A stretch of DNA of 64,000 nt from an uncultured Pseudomonadota bacterium (GCA_903900265.1 CAIUMM010000015.1:93438-157437); one strand, 5' to 3'; counted from the first letter of the stretch, positions 15,428 to 27,393 are shown. Notes: generated from the sequence alone by a model not told the origin. Made by a program: numbers and translations.

Positions 15428-17311
15428 TCAGTCCTCGGCGATCACGATGACCTTGTCGGCCTCATTGAACGTGATCATCGCTGACTTCTTGGGGTTGACC
15501 GCGACGCCGTACTTGCCTGCGGCATCATGGGATTTGCCCGCGATTCGGTAGCCGATGGCGATCTCGCCGCGGTGGCGCGCGGACTCGACGACGGTCGCAA
15601 AGTTGACCGGGACGCCGGGAGCGACGTAGTCGGCGCAGGGCTTGATGTAGATATCCGAGCCGTCGTTGAACACCGCGTTGAGCTCTTTGTTCTCCGAGAC
15701 CTGCGACAGCATCAGGCTGACCAGCTGGTCGCTGACGATGAAGTCGTCCGCTTTGGTGACCTCGGCGAGCGCGCGGTTGCGGACGTCGAGCATCTCACTG
15801 ACGATGGAGAAGTCGTGGTTCGCTTTCTCGCCGATGTCGCGCAGGTGCAGCAGCGTGACCAGCACGCGGGAGTCGGCGCGCTGGGGATCGAGCTGGTCGG
15901 AGCACAGCACGATGACGTGGTCAAATGACGTCAGCGCGAGGCTCTCGAGGGTGCGTCGGTGGGTGCTCTCGCCCTTGATGACGGAGATCGTCTGCCGGGT
16001 CAGCTGCGGGCGTGCGGCCTCGATATGGGCTTCGATGTCATCGGCTACGGCGAGCACGGTGACCGTAGACCCCTCCGCGACGTAGGCATCGAGGCCGGTC
16101 ACGATCCGCGCGCCTTTCCAATTCCATCCGAGGATCAACGTTCTCTCGACGCGTGCAATGGCTTTTTCTGCGGTGCGGATCGCGGGCTCCTGCACCCTAG
16201 GCTGGGCGCTGGAGAGCTTGATGGTGTCGTCGTCTTCGCTGATGGCGATCACCTTGTCGCTGGGCTGGATCACCGTGCTCATCGGCGGGTTGATCCTGAC
16301 GCTGCCGTCCGCAGCGCGCAGGCCGATCAGCGCGGAGTCCTCAAAGGCGTTCAGCGCGTCGCCGAAGGTCTTGCCAGACAAGCCAGGCTCGTGCTTGAAG
16401 TAGATCTCGCCGCCGCCGAAGTCGAGCAGCTCGGGGTGCACCACCGAGAGCCCGCTCTGGCGGCAGGTCTGCACCGTCACCCTGGAGAAGAGGTCGCCCG
16501 CGACGACGATCTCGAGCTCGTTGCGGCCGACCAGCCGTGCCGCGTCGATATTATCGGGGTTTCGGATCTCCGCGGTGATGTGGTAGGGCGCATCCCGCCG
16601 GTTGGGGCCGTTGGTCAGCGCGAGCACCGCCTTGATCACGTCGCTGTCGGGGTCGTCAGCCCCTGCCTCGGCGAGCACGATGATCGAGCGGCTGGTCTGC
16701 ACCGCCACGCGGTTTAGATCTTTGAGCTCCATCGGGGATCCCGACCGGCACACGATCCGCGTGTTCCCTGCGTGACCGATGGCATCGCGGATCGCATCCT
16801 CCATTTGCACTTTGTCGCGCTCGGCGAGGATCACGATGCAGGCGTTCTTGCGGTTGGCGTTGGCCTTAATCAGCTCGCCGAGGATGGTGAAGATGTGGGG
16901 CGACCAATTCAGGATGACCGTGTGATCCTTCTCAATCACCCTAGACCGACCCTTGCGTAGCTCGACAACGCTGGCACCGATGCCGTTGTTGAGCACGCCG
17001 ATCAGCGTGGACACGACAAACACGCCTCCCAGCGTGATCCACAGCATCGAGAGCTTGAACGGCCAGCTTCCTTTGTCCGAGCCCATCGTCCCCGAGTCGA
17101 GGGTGCGCATGAGGCCGTACCACACCGTCTCTGGCAAGCTCATCGCGGGGGTCTCTTCCGGCGTCCAACCCGCCAGCCAGACGACGAAGGTGGAGGCAAA
17201 AAGGAACCCGAAGGTGCCCACAGATAGCCAGCCGATCAGCGCGATGGTGCCCCGCGACATGGAATTGTCGAAGGCGTATTGTGCACGTAGCACGACGGTA
17301 GACTTTGCCAT
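15428..17311 (-). CDS. CASTOR/POLLUX-like ion channel with tandem RCK/TrkA-type domains
   Basis: 627 aa. The N-terminal TM helices are followed by two repeats of a Rossmann-like module (HTVILNWSPHIFTILGEL.. and RTLILGWNWKGARIVTGL..). The gene is visibly less GC-rich than its neighbours. Confidence 0.75.
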   Translation of the reverse strand: MAKSTVVLRAQYAFDNSMSRGTIALIGWLSVGTFGFLFASTFVVWLAGWTPEETPAMSLPETVWYGLMRTLDSGTMGSDKGSWPFKLSMLWITLGGVFVVSTLIGVLNNGIGASVVELRKGRSRVIEKDHTVILNWSPHIFTILGELIKANANRKNACIVILAERDKVQMEDAIRDAIGHAGNTRIVCRSGSPMELKDLNRVAVQTSRSIIVLAEAGADDPDSDVIKAVLALTNGPNRRDAPYHITAEIRNPDNIDAARLVGRNELEIVVAGDLFSRVTVQTCRQSGLSVVHPELLDFGGGEIYFKHEPGLSGKTFGDALNAFEDSALIGLRAADGSVRINPPMSTVIQPSDKVIAISEDDDTIKLSSAQPRVQEPAIRTAEKAIARVERTLILGWNWKGARIVTGLDAYVAEGSTVTVLAVADDIEAHIEAARPQLTRQTISVIKGESTHRRTLESLALTSFDHVIVLCSDQLDPQRADSRVLVTLLHLRDIGEKANHDFSIVSEMLDVRNRALAEVTKADDFIVSDQLVSLMLSQVSENKELNAVFNDGSDIYIKPCADYVAPGVPVNFATVVESARHRGEIAIGYRIAGKSHDAAGKYGVAVNPKKSAMITFNEADKVIVIAED

Positions 17312-17387
17312 TTTCTGTGCCTTCGAGGGCGGCGGGACTAACGCGCGGCGCGGGTGTGGCTACGTTGCTCGGGCCTTCGGAGTGCGC

Positions 17388-18407
17388 ATGTCTGTCTCCC
17401 CGGTCGTCCTCGACGTAAAGCCCCTTGGCTTTGTGTGGCACACCGCTGATCCCTTCCTGTTCTGCGTACACCACGACGACGCGTACCCTGCGGGCAACGA
17501 CCGGCTGGGGCCGGCGGCGAGCCTCGCCGGTCGGGACATCGGGCAGGACTTCGAAGGAAAAGACGGGTGGCGGATGTACCATGGCGACGTTGTCCCTGGC
17601 TTTCCTTCGCATCCACACCGGGGTTTTGAGACGGTGACCATCGTGCGGCGCGGGCTGATCGATCACTCGGACTCGCTCGGCGCAACTGCCCGGTTTGGCG
17701 GCGGCGATGTGCAGTGGTTGACCGCCGGCAAAGGCATCGTTCACTCCGAGATGTTCCCGCTGGTCAAGAGCGCCGCGCCCAACCCGGTGGAGCTGTTTCA
17801 GATCTGGTTGAACCTCCCGAAGCGCTCCAAGATGGTGGAGCCCTACTTCACGATGCTCTGGGCCGACACGATTCCGACCCTCGACCTAGTAGACGCTGCC
17901 GGGCGCGCGGTTTCGATCACCGTGGTCGCCGGCGCGCTGGACGGCGCGACGCCGCCGTCGCCGCCGCCGAATTCTTGGGCGGCGCAGGCGGACAACCACC
18001 TCGCGATCTGGACCATCCGGCTGGCCCCGAACGCCCGTTGGACGGTGCCAGCGGCTCCGGCTGGCGCGAGCCGGATGCTGTACTTCTTTGAGGGCCAGAC
18101 GATGCACATCGGCGGCGTAGCCGTGCGGTCAGGCGTGGGCGCGCGGGTGCGCGGCGACGCCGACGTCGATCTCGTCAACGGCGACGTCGCGGCGGAGCTG
18201 CTCTTGTTGCAGGGCCGCCCCATCGGGGAGCCCGTCGCCCAGCACGGTCCGTTCGTGATGAACACCAACACCGAGATCCATCAGGCGTTTTCCGACTACC
18301 AGCGCACACGCTTCGGCGGCTGGCCGTTCTCCAGCAACGCGCCGGTGCACCCCCGCGCCAAAACGCGCTTTGCCCGTCACGCCGACGGGCGCGTCGAAGA
18401 GCGGTGA
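17388..18407 (+). CDS. pirin family (bicupin) protein
   Basis: Start trimmed to ATG 17388, because the longer ORF overlaps the channel gene. PSHPHRGFETVTIV and DVQWLTAGKGIVHSE are pirin metal-site motifs. Confidence 0.9.
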   Translation: MSVSPVVLDVKPLGFVWHTADPFLFCVHHDDAYPAGNDRLGPAASLAGRDIGQDFEGKDGWRMYHGDVVPGFPSHPHRGFETVTIVRRGLIDHSDSLGATARFGGGDVQWLTAGKGIVHSEMFPLVKSAAPNPVELFQIWLNLPKRSKMVEPYFTMLWADTIPTLDLVDAAGRAVSITVVAGALDGATPPSPPPNSWAAQADNHLAIWTIRLAPNARWTVPAAPAGASRMLYFFEGQTMHIGGVAVRSGVGARVRGDADVDLVNGDVAAELLLLQGRPIGEPVAQHGPFVMNTNTEIHQAFSDYQRTRFGGWPFSSNAPVHPRAKTRFARHADGRVEER

Positions 18408-18420
18408 AGCCGGATTTTTC

Positions 18421-20361
18421 ATGCTTGGGCTGATCGGGCTGCTGGTTGGCTGCACGGACTTCGTGCCGGTGGCGCCGACCTGTGATCCGCGGGTGTTGGA
18501 CGCCGGTGAGGTGCGCGCGCGGCAGCTGCTGTGCACCGACGAGCTGATCCCCGGCGGGGAGGCGCGGGTCGGCGACTGGGTGATCGAGAACAGCGTGGCG
18601 CGGTTTGCGCTGCGCGGCACGTACTCGGCGCTCTACACCCTCGACGATCAAGGCGGTACGCTGATCGACGCGGTCTCGCTCAGCCCGGAGGCAGGCGCGG
18701 ACGACGAGGCGGACGGCGAGGCTGCCGACGAGGGCGGCGTGTCCGTGGATGCGCTCGGCGAGATCCGCGTCGAGGGGGATCGCAGCAGCATCGCCGCGGT
18801 AAACGAAGGTGGCACCTCCTCTTTGGTGCTGCCCGGCATGACCTGGACGCTCGCGGCCGACGAGGGCGTGCTGCGGCTGTCTGGAGCCAGCGGCGCGAGC
18901 GCGGCGACGATACAACCGCTGCCCGGCGGCACCCGCACCGGAAGCAGCTGGCAGGGCGCTTCGGGGGGGATTTTGGGCGGGTTTTTGGGCACGGACGGCA
19001 GCGCGGAGGACGGTCTAAGCGCGGCGGTGATCCAGGCGGAGATCACCTTCGTGACTGCGGATCGCGAGGCCTGGACCGCCGCGCAGTATGGTTCGGCCGA
19101 GGCGGTTTTGGAGACGGTCGACGCCGACTCCGTCGCGGTGGAGCTCGATGGCGCGGTGCTCACGCGGCTGCCGGTGACCGACGGCGTGGTCAGCGGGTGG
19201 GCGCCCGAGGGCGCGACGCTGCGCGGGGAGCGCGAGGGCTGCACCTACGAGGGGCTAATCCAGACCGCCTGCGGGTTCATGCATGTGCGCGTGCGGGACG
19301 ACGCCGGCAACGATCTGGTCTCGAGCTTCTACACGGCCAGCGCCCGCTGGGTTTTGCCTGCCGGCGGCGGCGTGATCCCCGGCGGGCTTGAGCCCTTCGC
19401 GGGCACGCTCTGGGCGGGCCCCGCCTACGGCTACACGGCGCTGACGTTCACGCCCGGGACCGATCAGGCGGTGACGCTTCGCCGGGAGATGAACACCGAC
19501 GGCGCGGTGCTGGCCGACCTGCGTCGCGCGGTCGCGCCGGACTCCGACGCTGCCTGGGCCTCCCCGGAAGCCGCGCATGACGCCTCGGGCGACGGGGTCG
19601 GGTTCGTGGTGGTGTACGCCGACGACGAAGTCCCGTCGGCCAGCGTCCTTCGTGCAGACACCCACGAGCGCGCGGTCGATGGCGCCTACCCGCTGATCGT
19701 GACCGCCGGAGTGCGCAGCCCGAGCGCGGATGGCGGCACGGTGCTGTCCTGGCCGTGGTCCGCGAACAGCAAGCGCCCCGCGCACGGCGCGCCCCAACAT
19801 GGCTGGTCGGCGCTGGACTTGTTGACGCTGGTGCGCAACAACAGCGCGGACCGGCGCACGATCGTAGACGCGGCGTGGGTTCAGGCTGCGCTCGCCGAAG
19901 CCCCGGTCTACGCGTGGTTTGACACGCCCCTATCGGTGTGGCTCGACGACGCCGACGCGATGACGGTGTACTTCGACCTGTTGGAGCACTACGTCCCCGT
20001 GGTCCCCGTCGGCCCGCGCACGTGGATCGAGCTCCCCAACGGCGACCGCAACATCCCGGGCATCGAAGCCGGGTTGTACGCTGGTCAGGCCACCGCTGGA
20101 AACGGGCCGCGCATCGAAGCCTCCAGCAGCGCCTCGCTGGTCGGCGATCGGCTTTGGCGCGTGCAGGTCGACGCCGCCCGCTGGATGGGCGTGCGCGCGC
20201 TCACGGTGTGGACGCCCGAAGGGAGCCGAACCCTAGTCTTGAGCCCGATCGGGCCGGGCCTGGGCGGGGGCTACACCACGTTCCATGTGCCCGAAGACAC
20301 CGCGTGGGTGGCGGTCAGCGTGGCGGGGGACGACGGGATCTGGGCGGTGCGCGGCCTGTGA
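18421..20361 (+). CDS. hypothetical lipoprotein
   Basis: Start trimmed to MLGLIGLLVGC (lipobox). About 646 aa, with no family recognised. Confidence 0.55.
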   Translation: MLGLIGLLVGCTDFVPVAPTCDPRVLDAGEVRARQLLCTDELIPGGEARVGDWVIENSVARFALRGTYSALYTLDDQGGTLIDAVSLSPEAGADDEADGEAADEGGVSVDALGEIRVEGDRSSIAAVNEGGTSSLVLPGMTWTLAADEGVLRLSGASGASAATIQPLPGGTRTGSSWQGASGGILGGFLGTDGSAEDGLSAAVIQAEITFVTADREAWTAAQYGSAEAVLETVDADSVAVELDGAVLTRLPVTDGVVSGWAPEGATLRGEREGCTYEGLIQTACGFMHVRVRDDAGNDLVSSFYTASARWVLPAGGGVIPGGLEPFAGTLWAGPAYGYTALTFTPGTDQAVTLRREMNTDGAVLADLRRAVAPDSDAAWASPEAAHDASGDGVGFVVVYADDEVPSASVLRADTHERAVDGAYPLIVTAGVRSPSADGGTVLSWPWSANSKRPAHGAPQHGWSALDLLTLVRNNSADRRTIVDAAWVQAALAEAPVYAWFDTPLSVWLDDADAMTVYFDLLEHYVPVVPVGPRTWIELPNGDRNIPGIEAGLYAGQATAGNGPRIEASSSASLVGDRLWRVQVDAARWMGVRALTVWTPEGSRTLVLSPIGPGLGGGYTTFHVPEDTAWVAVSVAGDDGIWAVRGL

Positions 20362-20368
20362 CGCGCGC

Positions 20369-20962
20369 CTACCCGACCTGCCGCAGGTTCAAGCCGCGGA
20401 TCAGCTGCGCTTCTTCGGCGTCCGCTTCGGCGAGGAACTGCACCTTCACATAGTCGCGCCCGTCAATGCCGACGTCGTTGGTGAGCGGAAGCCCGAGCGC
20501 ATCGAGCGCGTCGCGGAACGCGAGGTCATCCGGGTAGGTGTAGAGCACGCCCAGCTCGTCGAGCACGACTTGCTCGCCGTGGGCCTCGCCGCGGATCCAC
20601 AGCTGGTGCCGCCCGTCCTCCCAGACCAGCCGACGGGCTGCGTGCAGCGCCTCGATCACCTTGGCCGCCGGCAATACCATGCCGACCCAGCTCAACGCCT
20701 TGGGCAGCTGTCCCACCGCGCGGTCGGTGAGCTGCACGTAGCGGATGGACAGCTTGTCGCCTAACGCCGCGATCAGCGCGAGATGCACGGCGGGCAGCTG
20801 CTCGGCGCCCACCGAGATCACCAAGCGCGTAGCGCCATCCGGTGCGACCTGAGCGCGGTATCCGCTGGGCGGTGTCCAGCTGTCTGGGGTGCCGTCCTCC
20901 TGGACCGATTGGGCCTTGGGGAGCGAGCGGGTGCCGGGGGATGGGGGCGAGGCGTTCGACAT
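20369..20962 (-). CDS. hypothetical protein
   Basis: 197-aa ORF with ordinary amino-acid composition. No motif recognised. Confidence 0.45.
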   Translation of the reverse strand: MSNASPPSPGTRSLPKAQSVQEDGTPDSWTPPSGYRAQVAPDGATRLVISVGAEQLPAVHLALIAALGDKLSIRYVQLTDRAVGQLPKALSWVGMVLPAAKVIEALHAARRLVWEDGRHQLWIRGEAHGEQVVLDELGVLYTYPDDLAFRDALDALGLPLTNDVGIDGRDYVKVQFLAEADAEEAQLIRGLNLRQVG

Positions 20963-21060
20963 CGCGGGTGTCTACCACGCCGACGCCTGGTTGGGTCTTC
21001 GGTAGGCGCGCGCTTCGGTCCCGGGTATGCGTTCGCCGCATTTCGGGCTATGGCGCGACG

Positions 21061-21732
21061 GTGAACCCCTTGAAGCCCTTTCCGGTTGATCCCGATGTGC
21101 TCGGCCGCATCCGACCGATGCAATACCGCGACGCCGAACGCGTCGCCGAGCTGCACGAAGCTGCCATGGGCAAGAGCCTCTGGGCCCAGCTCGGACGTCC
21201 ATTTCTCGTGGCGCTGTATCGTGCGCTCGTAGACTCCCCGACCTTCATCGGCTTTGTCTACGTCGAAGAGGTCGAGGTCAAGGGCTTCATCGCGGGGTCG
21301 CTGGACACCCGCGCGATGTTCGGGGACATCCTGCGGCGTCGGAAGCAGTTTGTGCTCCCGCCCGCGGCGCTTGGCGTGCTGCGCCGTCCTTCGCTGATCC
21401 CGTTGCTGGTGCAGACCGCGCGCTACTCCGATGTGTCGGGGGCAGATGTGCCGGGGGAGAGCTTGTTCTGCTCGTTCGTTCCGAACCTCCGGGGCAAGCG
21501 CGTCAGCGGCCACATCAACAAGGTGCTGTTCGACGAGCTGCTCGCCCGTGGGCACGCGCAGGTCAAGATCACCACTGAGGTGGACAATCAGGAGGCGAAC
21601 CGCCAGCTTCAAAGCTGGGGTTTTGAAGACTCGGGGCGGTTCCGGTTCTATGGCAAAGACATGGTGACCTATGTCCTGCCGTTGCAGGGCCATCCGCGCC
21701 TCGATCCTATCAGCCGTCACCCGACGATCTGA
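21061..21732 (+). CDS. GNAT-family N-acetyltransferase
   Basis: In-frame GTG 21061 (alternative ATG 21118). Core pattern VEVKGFIAG...RGKRVSGHINKVLFDEL...NQEANRQLQSWGF resembles the acetyl-CoA binding segment of GNATs. Confidence 0.65.
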   Translation: MNPLKPFPVDPDVLGRIRPMQYRDAERVAELHEAAMGKSLWAQLGRPFLVALYRALVDSPTFIGFVYVEEVEVKGFIAGSLDTRAMFGDILRRRKQFVLPPAALGVLRRPSLIPLLVQTARYSDVSGADVPGESLFCSFVPNLRGKRVSGHINKVLFDELLARGHAQVKITTEVDNQEANRQLQSWGFEDSGRFRFYGKDMVTYVLPLQGHPRLDPISRHPTI

Positions 21733-21739
21733 AGGTTCC

Positions 21740-22612
21740 ATGGGCATCCTTCAGAGTCTGAACGCGCGTCGCAATGCCTGGATGTCGGGCTGCGTGCTGC
21801 TGTTGGTTTTTGGCTGCGGCGGCCTGCTGGTCCTATCGGTGGGAGCGGCGTTGATCGCGCTCTATACGATGGGAAAACTGCCCGGCGTCACGGCCGCACC
21901 GGTGACGGTGACGGTGCGCAACCTCCGCGCCGAGCCGGTAGACGTGAACTGCGTCCATCTGGACGGCGGCGAAAGCCTGTGGGAACCTACGCGAATCGCC
22001 CCGGGCGCGAGCGCGGATCTGGTGGTTTCAAGCCCGCCGGTGTACTGCTCCGGTAAGGTGGGCGAGGAGCCCGTGTGGAATTGGAGTGGAGATATCGGTG
22101 CAGTTTGGAGCGTGGATGTCCCGGCCGCCCCCGCTCTGGCCGCCGAAGCGACGCCTGCGGACGTCGCTCCAGTTGACCCCGCGGCGACCGAGCCTGCGGC
22201 GACCGAGCCCGCGGCGACCGAGCCTGTGCCCGCCCAAGCCGCCGCGCCGGTCCCTTCCGGTTCCCCCGCAGCTGCACCCGCCGCAAAGTCGGCGCGGCCG
22301 CCGGCTCGCCCGCGCGCTGCTGCGGAGCCCACGCCTGCGCCGGAGGTGGAGGCAGAGCCGGACGAAACGCCGCCGGTCGCAGCGCCTACGCCAGTGACCG
22401 TGCAGCTGTCCCGCAAGTCCAAGAAGCTCAAGGGCATCGCGGTCCTTGTGGACGGGCGGTCCGTCGGAACCGTGCCCTACAGCGGCGAGGTCTCGTTGGG
22501 GATGCACTCCATCCAGATCCGGAAGGGCGACCTCGATAAGACCTGCACCATCGCCGCGTCCGGCAACGCTTGGGTCTGGCAGGTCGACGTCGACGCGCCG
22601 GCCTGCCCCTGA
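21740..22612 (+). CDS. membrane-anchored protein with Pro/Ala-rich linker and C-terminal PEGA-like domain
   Basis: Start ATG 21740. TM anchor CVLLLVFGCGGLLVLSVGAALIAL. Contains a 15-bp x3 tandem repeat (22181-22225, PAATE x3). The C-terminal VLVDGRSVGTVPYSGEVSLGMHSIQIRK is PEGA-like. Confidence 0.55.
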   Translation: MGILQSLNARRNAWMSGCVLLLVFGCGGLLVLSVGAALIALYTMGKLPGVTAAPVTVTVRNLRAEPVDVNCVHLDGGESLWEPTRIAPGASADLVVSSPPVYCSGKVGEEPVWNWSGDIGAVWSVDVPAAPALAAEATPADVAPVDPAATEPAATEPAATEPVPAQAAAPVPSGSPAAAPAAKSARPPARPRAAAEPTPAPEVEAEPDETPPVAAPTPVTVQLSRKSKKLKGIAVLVDGRSVGTVPYSGEVSLGMHSIQIRKGDLDKTCTIAASGNAWVWQVDVDAPACP

Positions 22613-22628
22613 GGCTTTTGCTTTGGGC

Positions 22629-23915
22629 ATGAAGGTTTTTGCTGGCGCCTACGTTGCTCTGCTGGAGATGCTCATGGTCACGATTCGAAGCTTACTTGCT
22701 CCCACCGGTGTTCCCGCCGGTGTACCCGTCGGTGCTACCGCCAACCGCCTGTCGATGGGCGCTGCGCTGCTGCTGCTTTGCCCGTCGGCCGTGGGCGCCG
22801 CTACGCCGGCGGATCTCCCGTCGCGCCTCGCCGCGACCGCTCCGGGCTTGCAGCTGTGTATGCAAAAGGATGAAGGAACCAGCCCCGTGCCGAGCCTCGT
22901 GGACTTCACCGTCGCGGTGTCGTCGGTCGGGTCGGTGTCGGTCTCGATGGACACCGGCCCGCGGGGCGCGGCCAAGGCGTGTATGGAGCAGCTGGTGTTG
23001 AGCGCGGTCACGCCGCTCAGCGCGGCGCCGGGCACCTCGCTGCATTTTCAACTCCCGCCCGGGTTTGCGGTCGGTCAGCTCGTCGAGAGCGAGTTCGCGG
23101 GCGCGTGGTCCAACGCGACGGTGCTCGGGCTCGAAGCCCGCGGTCGCGTGCGCGTGGCTTGGGACGGATGGGGCTCGCCGACCGAGTACTCCCGCGCTGC
23201 GACCGAGGTGCGCCCGCGCCCAGGCGTGCCGGTCAAGGTCCCGGTGATCACCGAGATCCCCCCGGTGTCCGAGGCGAAGCCGGTGGTGCCCGCGGTCCCC
23301 GTGCCGCCCGCGAACGTCGCGCCCGCGTCCGCTTGCCAAGATCTGTCCGACACCTACGCGATCGTCGCCGGTGTGGGCTTCGGCTTTGCGCCTACCGCCG
23401 CGCGTTCCCAATGGACCCGCTCGGCCTGCAACACCCGCCCGTCGCTCGTCAGCGTGTCGGCCCTGTGCCAGTACATGAGCAACGCCTACGGCATCGACGT
23501 GAGCGGCGCTTCCGGCACCGCCGACATCGACGTGCAGGCGTCCTTCAAAGCGTTGGCGTGTATGACCCGCGCGCCGGCTCCCGCTGCTCCCGCGAAGCCG
23601 CTTCCCGCTGCTCCCGCGAAGCCGCCTCTGGCGGCGACGGCTCCTACCGCGCCGGTCACGCTGACCTGCCAGCAGCTGTCGGACGCCTACGCGATGACCC
23701 CGCAGGCGCGCGGGTTTGCGCCCGAGCCCGCCAAAGCTTCCTGGCGGCAGCAGATCTGCCGCACGCGCCCCTCGGCTACGATCACCGCCGGGCTGTGCCA
23801 GACGATGGCGGACCGCTTCGGCATCCTGAACGGCCAGAGCTTTGGATCCGCCGACGCCGACTCCGCGGGCTCTTGGGTGGCGCTCGGGTGCACCGCGGAG
23901 CCGCGCACGCGCTGA
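22629..23915 (+). CDS. secreted protein with Tudor/agenet-like module and four Cys-bracketed repeats
   Basis: Start uncertain (ATG 22629, 22670 or 22754). GQLVESEFAGAWSNATVLGLEARGRVRVAWDGWG is Tudor-like. There are four C-x(31-33)-C units with CQxLSDxY / CQxMxxxxG starts. Confidence 0.55.
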   Translation: MKVFAGAYVALLEMLMVTIRSLLAPTGVPAGVPVGATANRLSMGAALLLLCPSAVGAATPADLPSRLAATAPGLQLCMQKDEGTSPVPSLVDFTVAVSSVGSVSVSMDTGPRGAAKACMEQLVLSAVTPLSAAPGTSLHFQLPPGFAVGQLVESEFAGAWSNATVLGLEARGRVRVAWDGWGSPTEYSRAATEVRPRPGVPVKVPVITEIPPVSEAKPVVPAVPVPPANVAPASACQDLSDTYAIVAGVGFGFAPTAARSQWTRSACNTRPSLVSVSALCQYMSNAYGIDVSGASGTADIDVQASFKALACMTRAPAPAAPAKPLPAAPAKPPLAATAPTAPVTLTCQQLSDAYAMTPQARGFAPEPAKASWRQQICRTRPSATITAGLCQTMADRFGILNGQSFGSADADSAGSWVALGCTAEPRTR

Positions 23916-23928
23916 TTCTGCTTCGGGG

Positions 23929-24771
23929 CTACTTGTTGGCTTCGGTGGTCTTGGCGACGTCGATGTCGAAGCTCCACGCTTCGAGCGGGACCGGCATCAG
24001 CGCCGACTCCGAGAACGTGTCCCGAAACAGAGCCTGAAAGGGGATAAACTGCATGTCGCCGTCGGTCACGGGGATCTGGAACCACACGCCAAACTTGGCT
24101 TTGTCGCCGGGGAGCAGGACGTCGCGCTTGGCGTTCTTCAGGATGTTCGCGAACTCTTTTCCGCTCTGAGCGCGCGCGCTGACCGTGCGGGCGTCGATGA
24201 ACCCGACGCCGGTTCCGTGGTAGACGCACTGGAATTCGGCTTGGGTGTCTTTGGTGTCCTGAACGTGCATCGTCAGGTTGCAGTCGAACGGACCGGCGCT
24301 GAAGGTGTTTACCGCAGGCGGGAGCACAAACTCGGGGCCGGCAATCTTGGTTCCTGCGTTCGGCGCGCTGTAGAGACCGCTCACGTTCAGCGCGAAGCGA
24401 TCGACGTGGTAGTTCGTGGAGCCGTCGGCGCTCGCCCATGTGTACGAGCCCTTGTCGCCGGGAGGGATGACCATTGGGCCGCTGAACAGCGTCGGGGCCT
24501 TCACGGGGACATTCCCGGTGGGCAGCACAAATTCGCCTTGATCCTTGCGAAGGATGTACAGCGTGTCGCCCGTCGTGTTGGTGATCTTGCCGTCGACCTT
24601 GAGGAACGCCTGCTGCGACTGCGCCCCGTTCAGCGTGATCGTCGCCCCCGGCGCCGCGATGGTGTTGAGCGGCTTGTAGTGGTTCTCGTGCTTGGGATGG
24701 TCCGGCTTGCGCGCGGCGAGCAGGAACACCGCCACCACCGGGAGTGTGTAGGCGAGGGTGCGACGGGTCAT
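23929..24771 (-). CDS. hypothetical secreted/anchored protein
   Basis: 280 aa with an N-terminal hydrophobic segment YTLPVVAVFLLAA. Ordinary (non Arg/Pro-rich) composition, and less GC-rich than the flanks. Confidence 0.55.
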   Translation of the reverse strand: MTRRTLAYTLPVVAVFLLAARKPDHPKHENHYKPLNTIAAPGATITLNGAQSQQAFLKVDGKITNTTGDTLYILRKDQGEFVLPTGNVPVKAPTLFSGPMVIPPGDKGSYTWASADGSTNYHVDRFALNVSGLYSAPNAGTKIAGPEFVLPPAVNTFSAGPFDCNLTMHVQDTKDTQAEFQCVYHGTGVGFIDARTVSARAQSGKEFANILKNAKRDVLLPGDKAKFGVWFQIPVTDGDMQFIPFQALFRDTFSESALMPVPLEAWSFDIDVAKTTEANK

Positions 24772-24805
24772 GGGCTTTCCTCGATGGATGTTCGCGCGTT
24801 GTGCG

Positions 24806-26698
<1,893 letters not shown>

Positions 26699-26833
26699 CG
26701 GGAGCCTCGAATGGAACGCGGCGCACTATCGCGTTCTCGCGACGCGTTCCCGGTTCGTCGGAACTTCGGAGCGAAACGTCACCCGGTCGTGGGCGCATTC
26801 CGGATCGGCGCGCTTCGGGCTATACGGCGGTTC

Positions 26834-27379
26834 ATGGCGATCCTCGGAATCCTCACCGTGCCGAACCCCCTGCTCGCGCGCAAATGCCGCGCGGTTGAGC
26901 CGCAGGAGTTCAATGACGATCTACGCCGGTTCATCTCCGATCTGGCTGAGACGATGTACGCCGCGCCCGGCGTAGGCTTAGCCGCGCCTCAGTGCGGCGA
27001 TCTGCGGCGCATCGTCGTGATCGACCCCGGCAACGCCAAGCGCGAGGAGGACGAGAACGGTCGCCCGACGCGCCCGCGCTTCGCGGCGCTGTGCAACCCG
27101 ATCATCCTCGATGCGAGCAAGGAAAAAGTCGTTTGGGAGGAGGGCTGCTTGTCGGTGCCCGACTTCAACGACGACGTCGCGCGCCCCCGCCGCGTGCACG
27201 TGCGCTGGCTGGATGAGTATGGCAAGCCACAGCAACAGTGGTTTGAAGATTACGACGCGGTCGTGGTCCAGCACGAGATGGATCACCTCGAAGGGACCGT
27301 GATCCTCGACAAGGTCAGCCGACTCAAGAAAGGCCGCTACTTGCAGAAGCGCAGCCGCCAGAAGGTGTACGCGGAGTAG
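26834..27379 (+). CDS. def: peptide deformylase
   Basis: Start trimmed to MAILGILTVPNPLL. Motifs GVGLAAPQ, EGCLSVP and HEMDHLEG are all present. Confidence 0.95.
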   Translation: MAILGILTVPNPLLARKCRAVEPQEFNDDLRRFISDLAETMYAAPGVGLAAPQCGDLRRIVVIDPGNAKREEDENGRPTRPRFAALCNPIILDASKEKVVWEEGCLSVPDFNDDVARPRRVHVRWLDEYGKPQQQWFEDYDAVVVQHEMDHLEGTVILDKVSRLKKGRYLQKRSRQKVYAE

Positions 27380-27393
27380 CTGCGGCGGGAGGG

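Noticed and set aside
16953-17387. A 145-codon N-terminal extension of the pirin ORF.
   Set aside because: It overlaps the channel gene on the opposite strand, has a low-complexity composition, and pirin homology begins right after ATG 17388.
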